From NCBI GenBank assembly GCA_017503725.1, contig JAFVSL010000005.1, forward strand, positions 15,455 through 79,454: a stretch of DNA of 64,000 bases, written 5' to 3'. A model generated the notes under the pieces. That model saw only the letters and a list, made by a program, of their open reading frames with translations, was not told where the DNA came from and did no database searches. Position 1 is the first letter of the stretch; every line of letters begins with the position of its first letter. This document shows positions 1-6,139 of this stretch, piece after piece. A program made the translations under genes and the position numbers. Origin of the DNA: Alphaproteobacteria bacterium (GTDB taxonomy: Bacteria > Pseudomonadota > Alphaproteobacteria > Rs-D84).

Positions 1-1052
1 GCCAATATACATATACCGTTGGCCCAGATGGCGTATCCCTTTATCACGGCAAACAAAAACTGCCCATAACACTTAAAACGCCGGCAACCCCTGGCACATC
101 ACGATCAGTCACGGATTTCGCGATTGCCCCCCGCCCAAGAACGGGTGGCGGATCTGGCGGTGGCTCTGGTGGCGGTTCCGGTGGCGGATCTGGCGGTGGA
201 TCCGGCGGTGGCTCTGGCGGCGGTTCTGGCGGCGGTTCTGGTGGTGGATCCGGTGGCGGTTCTGGCGGTGGCTCTGGTGGCGGTTCTGGTGGTGGATCCG
301 GTGGTGGATCTGGCGGTGGTTCCGGTGGCAGTTCTGGCACAACCACAACACCACCCAAGGGATGGGGCGCGGCATCCACACTGCAAAAGGCTGGCGCGGT
401 CCTGGGGGCGGCAACCGGCGCATATGGAATCTATGAAAACACCGCGGGACAACACGAACATACCGCCGGGAACGTTGCCGGCGGGGCCGTATCAGGCATC
501 ATTGGTGGCGTCAGCGTTGGTGCACTGTGGGGTGCCAAAGCCGGCTGGATTGGGGCCGCGGCCGGTGCCGTTATTGGTGGCGCAATTGCCGGTTCGCAAT
601 TATTCTCTGAAACAGACTGTCTTTATGACCCGGTTATACGAAAAGAAGACGGCAGTCCAACATTCACTTGTTGCAACACTGCATTTAACAAAGGCGAAAG
701 ACAGGTGGAAATTGGTGGATATATGTTCTGTGATACGACCAACGAAAACGGCCAACCACTGGCCGGCGTCAGACAATGCAAGCAGGGTGGTTCTGCAACA
801 AAACTATCCTGGTGGGATGGGTTATGGCAAGACGACACTTGGGACATAGAATGCACACCACGTTGGTGCAACAATACCCCCCCCCCAGATCTTAATGTAA
901 TTCCAATTGCGGATCCTGAAAACTTTTGTTGGAATTGGCAACCGGCCGACGGCAGTGATAACGGCACACCAACCGATTCATATGGTGCACTAATTCAAAA
1001 ATTACAATCTGCGATATCGGCATACGAACGGCAATGTGGCGCATTACAATAA
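1..1052 (+). CDS. 5'-partial ORF in frame 0 running off the window start. It has a (GGGS)n low-complexity repeat of about 64 units at 144-335. A glycine-zipper-like hydrophobic segment follows (AGAVLGAATGAYG...IIGGVSVGALWGAKAGWIGAAAGAVIGGAIAG). The C-terminal domain is Cys/Trp-rich. Hypothetical protein.
   Basis: Manual translation of frame 0 from position 3 to the TAA stop at 1050-1052 found no stop codon. The six-frame ORF 705..1052 is its 3' end. The listed ORFs 124..849(+) and 44..379(-) are other frames of the same repetitive DNA. Confidence 0.55.
   Translation, partial: QYTYTVGPDGVSLYHGKQKLPITLKTPATPGTSRSVTDFAIAPRPRTGGGSGGGSGGGSGGGSGGGSGGGSGGGSGGGSGGGSGGGSGGGSGGGSGGGSGGGSGGGSGGSSGTTTTPPKGWGAASTLQKAGAVLGAATGAYGIYENTAGQHEHTAGNVAGGAVSGIIGGVSVGALWGAKAGWIGAAAGAVIGGAIAGSQLFSETDCLYDPVIRKEDGSPTFTCCNTAFNKGERQVEIGGYMFCDTTNENGQPLAGVRQCKQGGSATKLSWWDGLWQDDTWDIECTPRWCNNTPPPDLNVIPIADPENFCWNWQPADGSDNGTPTDSYGALIQKLQSAISAYERQCGALQ
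144..335 (+). repeat. Coding tandem repeat of 12-nt units (ggt ggc gg[at] tc[tc]) encoding a GGGS linker-like tract
   Basis: Direct reading of about 16 near-identical 12-nt units. Every frame stays open on both strands, which is why overlapping ORFs are called here. Confidence 0.8.
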
Positions 1053-2737
1053 TGAAAGGGATTCTGGTTTTATTTTTTCTGGTATTATTGCCAATTAACG
1101 CACTGGGGGGTGACCCGGTTCTTAAATTCGAAGATATACAAAACCAACCGCGCGATAATACCGAATGCGCAACGGGCGCATTTGCGGATGCGCTGTCCCA
1201 GACCGCCAATACAGTGTCGGAATACGATGACGAACAAACCATTCAACAATGGATTTATGCAACATTTTCTGACAAAGCCGTTTTAGAGCGTGCTTTGGCG
1301 TGTTCAGAAATCGCCAACGCCGACGACAACGACACAATAAAATTTATGCCGATACAATACCTATTTCCTGGTGGCCGTGAAATTGTCGTAAACTATGAAA
1401 CCCAACCCAAGATTTTAAAACAGCGTATCCGATTGGCGGACAAGCGTGGCACACCATCATCTGACCCAAACCCACGCATTGGTACCGACAATGCCGTTTG
1501 GACAAATATCGATCCCGCCTGGTATGCGATTATGGTAACCGAACACGGCGCATTAAATAACTTTGTGGGCCCCGATAAAAACAACACTATCTCACTAGAT
1601 TATATAAAGAGCAATATCGATTCTTTGTTCCCATCGGGGCGGGGTGGCAAATGCACCGACCGCAGTGCAAAATCACGCGACAATACAATGATTAACAAAA
1701 CCGTGCGGGACAAAACCGTCGACATCAAAGACGACACAAACGATTACTATGTCGCGGGTGATGTTAACTTGCAATGGCTTTCATATATGGAAATCGCACT
1801 TGATGTTGCATTAACAGTCGTCACGATGGGCGGTTCCCAGGCAATAACCGGCATCACAAAAGCCGCCCGTGCATCAAGAAGCCTAAAAAATTTAACCACC
1901 ACAATTAAACAACTTGAAAAAATTGATACGGTTACAGACTATGTAAAATTATCTTCTCGATTAGACGTCGCAAAGGCGGCAAACAACGCCGATGAAATTG
2001 CCGACATTACAAAACGAATGGCGGATTTAGAAAATGCTGATGACAATGTAAAACTCTTCAAACAATCAACCGATGCAGTCAAAGATATAAACAAATATCT
2101 GGACGCGCTAAAAGCAATGAAAGGATTGCGCAAGACCAAACAAACCGGCAACATTATCGCCCGCGGGTTCAAGGGCGCCAAAGCCACCGCCCAATCATTA
2201 AAGGCCGTAAATACGGGCACCAAGACCCTGGACAAGGCTGCAAAAATTGCACGCAAGGGGATGAAGACCGGCCGAATAAACGATTGGTTGTTCCAATCAA
2301 CAATGAAAAACATTGGTGCATTAGGCAGGCTAGGGACCGGCACAGGGATTCTGTACGGCGCATTAAAATTTATGGGCGGTATGTACGATTGGACCGAAAC
2401 CAGCACCGGCGATTTTACAAACAATATTGAATTTGCACCACTGTTATTATTATCCGCAGATGATTTACAGGGCCAAGAAAACGTTGTAAATCACGGAATG
2501 TGGCTAATGTGGGCGGGCGATTCCACATCCCCCACCGACGACGATGCCGCATTTTTACAGGCAATGGATTTTGCATCTAAATTCCACGAAGATTTGATGG
2601 AAAATCAAAACGATTCAAATTCGCCCTGTAATATTGACATTTGGGTTGTTAAGCCAATCATCCGTGATCCCGGCACCGAACACCAGGCATTATATTACCT
2701 GGTTATGAATGACGTGCCCTGGACCACGGGTGAATAA
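1052..2737 (+). CDS. Hypothetical secreted protein, 561 aa, with N-terminal signal peptide MKGILVLFFLVLLPINALGG. Its start overlaps the upstream stop (TAATG).
   Basis: Long ORF. Signal-peptide-like N-terminus begins at the second ATG, 1052. No recognisable catalytic motifs. Confidence 0.6.
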   Translation: MKGILVLFFLVLLPINALGGDPVLKFEDIQNQPRDNTECATGAFADALSQTANTVSEYDDEQTIQQWIYATFSDKAVLERALACSEIANADDNDTIKFMPIQYLFPGGREIVVNYETQPKILKQRIRLADKRGTPSSDPNPRIGTDNAVWTNIDPAWYAIMVTEHGALNNFVGPDKNNTISLDYIKSNIDSLFPSGRGGKCTDRSAKSRDNTMINKTVRDKTVDIKDDTNDYYVAGDVNLQWLSYMEIALDVALTVVTMGGSQAITGITKAARASRSLKNLTTTIKQLEKIDTVTDYVKLSSRLDVAKAANNADEIADITKRMADLENADDNVKLFKQSTDAVKDINKYLDALKAMKGLRKTKQTGNIIARGFKGAKATAQSLKAVNTGTKTLDKAAKIARKGMKTGRINDWLFQSTMKNIGALGRLGTGTGILYGALKFMGGMYDWTETSTGDFTNNIEFAPLLLLSADDLQGQENVVNHGMWLMWAGDSTSPTDDDAAFLQAMDFASKFHEDLMENQNDSNSPCNIDIWVVKPIIRDPGTEHQALYYLVMNDVPWTTGE

Positions 2738-2802
2738 TTTTATTCCTGTTGTGTTTTTTATTGCGTTTTAATATAATAAAAATCATAAGAAAGGACGGCA
2801 CA

Positions 2803-3120
2803 ATGAAAAAAATATTATCAGCATTTATAATTTTATGCACAACGGTTGGCCTTGCCTCTGCGTACCAGGTTATGTCTTCGCGCGAACTGGGCAAAAGCGA
2901 TGCAAAAAATCAAAATATTGTTGTAAAATGCACAACCCCCGCTGGCAAGGTTTCAAATCAAACCTGTTCATTGCGCAGGTATGCAAAATGCACCGGCACG
3001 GGCACAAACAAAAAATGTACCGGCTGGCAACCGTGGAAAGATTTACGAAACCCATCCAAACAGTATTCAGATTGGAAGGCGGCCGCATCCGCGTGCTGTC
3101 GTGAAAAGGGCCTAAGATAA
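2803..3120 (+). CDS. Small secreted Cys-rich protein, 105 aa, signal peptide MKKILSAFIILCTTVGLASA
   Basis: ATG at 2803 preceded by AAGGACGG. Eight Cys residues. Followed by a hairpin terminator. Confidence 0.5.
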   Translation: MKKILSAFIILCTTVGLASAYQVMSSRELGKSDAKNQNIVVKCTTPAGKVSNQTCSLRRYAKCTGTGTNKKCTGWQPWKDLRNPSKQYSDWKAAASACCREKGLR

Positions 3121-3148
3121 AAAATCCCGCCGGATGGCGGGATTTTTC
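3121..3148. terminator. Bidirectional rho-independent terminator hairpin (aaaaatcccgccggatggcgggattttt)
   Basis: Perfect GC-rich inverted repeat flanked by A-run and T-run. The same hairpin family recurs at about 4470-4500, 8905-8935, 15186-15215, 19697-19727, 28605-28632, 34608-34633, 35927-35958 and 57652-57685. Confidence 0.8.
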
Positions 3149-3628
3149 TTAGTTGTTCATTGCACACGGTTCGGTAAATTCATATGTGCCGGGTGCGTCT
3201 GTAAATGATACGCCCGCCGGCGCGTACATTATGCAATCCCCCGCGGGATTTGATACCAAACACGATTCTGCCACCCCCACAGATACCATTCCAGACGGGC
3301 ACGTCGTCGCAATTGTGATTTGCGGTTCATCAATCGCAATATACCCCGATGGGCAATCTGTGGCGGGGCCATTATCCAAAACACACACACCGGCATCGCA
3401 TTTTAACCCACTGGCACAGGGTGGCACACCGGTGTAAACCGTCAGTGTGCTACTGGTACAGGTCTGGCCCAGTGTTGCCGCCGCCACACAGGTTGCCATT
3501 GATAGACCACTCGTTCGCAAACATACCCCAGAATCACATTGCGTACTGTATAAACAACTTTGACCATTTGCGAGCCCTGCAATCGCGGGTAACGGCATCA
3601 GTATAAACAAAAACATAATTCGTTTCAT
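3149..3628 (-). CDS. Family-A secreted Cys-rich protein, copy A1. Conserved C-terminal block CPSGYIAIDEPQITIATTCPSG...AESCLVS.PAG.CIMYAPAGVSFTD.PGTYEFTEPCAM.
   Basis: Signal peptide MKRIMFLFILMPLPAIAG. RBS AAGGTG. Paralogous to the ORFs at 24884..25156 and 34633..35118. Confidence 0.65.
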   Translation of the reverse strand: MKRIMFLFILMPLPAIAGLANGQSCLYSTQCDSGVCLRTSGLSMATCVAAATLGQTCTSSTLTVYTGVPPCASGLKCDAGVCVLDNGPATDCPSGYIAIDEPQITIATTCPSGMVSVGVAESCLVSNPAGDCIMYAPAGVSFTDAPGTYEFTEPCAMNN

Positions 3629-3637
3629 AGCAACACC

Positions 3638-4045
3638 TTAGTTGGACACAGTTGTAAACAGTGCGGACCGGAATTCGGCATCATCTCTAACAAGCTCTGC
3701 ACAAGCGAGTGAACAATTAGTAGCGCAAATGTAATCGTCATTGTCTTCAAAATTAGAGCTGAACCAGGATGAGACCGCTGGGCTAATCATACGACACCAG
3801 CAATAGTAACCTCCGCCATAATTTAAAAGTGTGTCTGATGTTTCTTTTACTGCCCCGGACGTACCAGTGCACAGTCCAATTCCTTTTATAGTTATATTGG
3901 AAGATTTTAGCGTCCATTCTGAATACTCGTAATCGTCGATATAAAAGTCGTTGTTATTCTCTGATAGCGCGACGCATCGTTGTACGGCCGTCGCGGGTGC
4001 GGCGAGTATCGCGCCAACCGCGGTTAAAGTTAAAAGTTTTTTCAT
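3638..4045 (-). CDS. Family-B secreted Cys-rich protein, copy B1. Signal peptide MKKLLTLTAVGAILAAPATA. Conserved YYCWCRM..P..SSW motif and C-terminal Cys framework.
   Basis: Start taken at the internal ATG 4045 with RBS AAGGAG 7 nt upstream. The six-frame ORF extends to 4093. Paralogs at 24412, 35566, 16461 and 15967. Confidence 0.65.
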   Translation of the reverse strand: MKKLLTLTAVGAILAAPATAVQRCVALSENNNDFYIDDYEYSEWTLKSSNITIKGIGLCTGTSGAVKETSDTLLNYGGGYYCWCRMISPAVSSWFSSNFEDNDDYICATNCSLACAELVRDDAEFRSALFTTVSN

Positions 4046-4205
4046 TTGTTCAATCTCCTTTCTTTGTTTTATTCGCGAAAAAACAAAAACCACCGAATAA
4101 ATTCAAGTGGTCAGGAGGTTAACGACAATCTAATAGAATTGTGCTGTTTATTCAATATATTCACAGCCCCCCTGACTTTTATATTCAGGAGTTGTCTTAT
4201 TCGAT
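4046..4205 (-). promoter_or_regulatory. Conserved ~150-nt 5' leader of the B/A cassette, copy L1. Mutually exclusive pairings CTCCTGA / GTCAGGRGG / CCTCCTGAC, a downstream hairpin plus T-run, then the RBS.
   Basis: Highly similar sequence sits upstream of B2 (24262-24411), B3 (35567-35722) and B4 (16486-16625), always in the same orientation relative to the gene. Confidence 0.6.
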
Positions 4206-4503
4206 ATTAAATCGAAAACTATTAGCACGGGTCGTTACACCCCATTATGGTAAAAACACCATAACAACTACATTATAACGGATTGTTTCCATTTGCGCAA
4301 TTGCAATGATAAATAAAAATTTAGTGGTGAGCCGTAAGTGGCTAGTGGATAGTGTTTGTGTGCGGCAAATGCCGCACATTATAGTGCCATCACTAACCAC
4401 TAATCACTAAGATAAACTTTTATTTATCTTAGCGTTTTCATATCACATATCTCTTGTCTCATATCTCATAAAAAATCCCGCCGGATGGCGGGATTTTTTA
4501 TCT

Positions 4504-4579
4504 GGTGGATGAAACTGGACTCGAACCAGCGACCTCTTCGATGTGAACGAAGCGCTCTAACCAACTGAGCTATTCATCC
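4504..4579 (-). tRNA. tRNA-Val (anticodon CAC), CCA encoded
   Basis: Reverse complement GGATGAATAGCTCAGTTGGTTAGAGCGCTTCGTTCACATCGAAGAGGTCGCTGGTTCGAGTCCAGTTTCATCCACCA folds as a cloverleaf. Anticodon stem CTTCG/CGAAG, loop TTCACAT. Confidence 0.75.
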
Positions 4580-4655
4580 ATATTCGGTGACGCTTATTAT
4601 ATATTCATTCGCCATATCTTGCAAGACTTTTTGTTTTGTGATACCATTTGCACAT

Positions 4656-5696
4656 ATGATACAAAAACGCATAGTATTTCTTTGGACACTGTTAATATGT
4701 ATGATGGACGCATACGCGGCCTCTTTATTACGGGGGGCACATTTTCCGAAAACAACATCTGATTTAGACTTTTCCGAAAAATTAGATATAAAGGCCGATG
4801 GTTATGAACCGTTCACGGGGCTAAGTCCATACCAGGCAATAAAATTCATAGAAATGGAAGACGCCGCCCACGACGCAATCGAAGCGGAATTAACCCGGGC
4901 CGGAATAAACCAGTGCCCCGAATGCGATAAAAATGGCAATATGCCAACATACTCAGACGGTGGCGCAATCATAATCCCAACACAACCGTCGTACCCACAA
5001 CCGGCCTATACAAAAAACGGAACAAACCGTATGCGCCAGGGGGCGGGGGGATATTGTTCTTTGCGACATCCGCAAATTCCCGCGGGGCAACAGATTCCCC
5101 TTGGACAACCGGTTAATATGCAAGATATGCCCACCCCAGAATCGTTTACCAACGAAAAAACCAAAAACATTATGAAAAACACACTTGATGGCGCTATGTG
5201 TTCCCCGTACGGATGCCGCGAAAAAATTGGAACGCAAAACGTTACACGACCACATACCGGGGTTGATATTGGTTGCACGGCGGACTTTTATCGTATGCCG
5301 ATTTATGCAACCGCGGATGGCGTTGTATCCACCGTTATCAGGGAACAGCGGGGAAAATCTGCCGGGAACTATATCGGTATAAAACACGGTTCTGAATGGA
5401 TGACACAATATATGCACCTGGATGAAATCTTGGTATCCAAGGGGCAAAGGGTTTCCGCCGGCTGTCTTATTGGATATATGGGTTATACCGGTGGCAACGC
5501 GGATCAAAAAAATCCATCAATGGGCCGGGATTTAACCCACCTGCATTATGAAATTTTATATTCTGGACGCGCATCAAGTTTATCTGCACCAGACGGTCGA
5601 CAAATCCCGATTTATCGCGAACGCCCCTGTAATAATGGCAAAGGCTTTAAAACAAAAATCAAGCCAAACGACCTTATGACATATTACGACAAATAA
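4656..5696 (+). CDS. M23/LytM family metallopeptidase, secreted (HTGVDIG ... HLHYEI motifs)
   Basis: Conserved M23 motifs in the C-terminal half. Start at ATG 4656 gives a signal-like N-terminus MIQKRIVFLWTLLICMMDAYAAS. An alternative start lies at 4587. Confidence 0.75.
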   Translation: MIQKRIVFLWTLLICMMDAYAASLLRGAHFPKTTSDLDFSEKLDIKADGYEPFTGLSPYQAIKFIEMEDAAHDAIEAELTRAGINQCPECDKNGNMPTYSDGGAIIIPTQPSYPQPAYTKNGTNRMRQGAGGYCSLRHPQIPAGQQIPLGQPVNMQDMPTPESFTNEKTKNIMKNTLDGAMCSPYGCREKIGTQNVTRPHTGVDIGCTADFYRMPIYATADGVVSTVIREQRGKSAGNYIGIKHGSEWMTQYMHLDEILVSKGQRVSAGCLIGYMGYTGGNADQKNPSMGRDLTHLHYEILYSGRASSLSAPDGRQIPIYRERPCNNGKGFKTKIKPNDLMTYYDK

Positions 5697-5733
5697 AAAA
5701 TCGCCAAATGGCGACTCTGACTGCTAAAAACGG

Positions 5734-5820
5734 TGGTGGGGATAGTGGGACTTGAACCCACACGGTCGCAATGACCAAAGGATTTTAAGTCCTCAGCGTC
5801 TACCATTCCGCCATATCCCC
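5734..5820 (-). tRNA. tRNA-Leu (anticodon TAA), class II with long variable arm, CCA encoded
   Basis: Reverse complement GGGGATATGGCGGAATGGTAGACGCTGAGGACTTAAAATCCTTTGGTCATTGCGACCGTGTGGGTTCAAGTCCCACTATCCCCACCA. Anticodon loop CTTAAAA. Confidence 0.8.
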
Positions 5821-5836
5821 GAAGACCTTAAAAATC

Positions 5837-5912
5837 TGGTGGAGCTGATGGGACTCAAACCCACGACCTCTACGATGCGAACGTAGCGCTCTATCAACTG
5901 AGCTACAACCCC
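5837..5912 (-). tRNA. tRNA-Ala (anticodon CGC), G3:U70 identity pair present, CCA encoded
   Basis: Reverse complement GGGGTTGTAGCTCAGTTGATAGAGCGCTACGTTCGCATCGTAGAGGTCGTGGGTTTGAGTCCCATCAGCTCCACCA. Anticodon loop TTCGCAT. Confidence 0.8.
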
Positions 5913-5919
5913 TAAAAAA

Positions 5920-6006
5920 TGGTGCGGATAAGAAGACTCGAACTTCCAAGGTATTGCTACCACTAGTACCTGAAACTAGCGCGTCTACCAATTCCGCCAT
6001 ATCCGC
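5920..6006 (-). tRNA. tRNA-Leu (anticodon CAG), class II, CCA encoded
   Basis: Reverse complement GCGGATATGGCGGAATTGGTAGACGCGCTAGTTTCAGGTACTAGTGGTAGCAATACCTTGGAAGTTCGAGTCTTCTTATCCGCACCA. Anticodon loop TTCAGGT. Confidence 0.8.
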
Positions 6007-6139
6007 AGGCGAAAACTATATTATATTAAATTTAAATTCTTTGCAACAAGAAAAATAAATCCATATAAACTTTTTAAACCGCAACAACACATATTTCACT
6101 TGCCCTAAAAATTATAAATTTGCTAACATTTCATCAGAG

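Noticed and set aside
144-335. Regular short direct repeats that could be mistaken for a CRISPR array
   Set aside because: Units are 12 nt with no spacers and lie inside a continuous coding frame. No cas genes are present. This is a coding low-complexity repeat.
124-849. Six-frame ORFs 124..849(+), 44..379(-), 105..461(-) and 109..423(-) across the Gly-Ser repeat
   Set aside because: All are alternative frames of the same 12-nt tandem repeat, which lacks stops in every frame. Only frame 0 runs uninterrupted from the window start through the Cys-rich C-terminus to 1052.
5800-6000. ORF 5800..6000(-), 66 aa
   Set aside because: It lies entirely within three well-folded tRNA genes (Leu-TAA, Ala-CGC, Leu-CAG). 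It is spurious.
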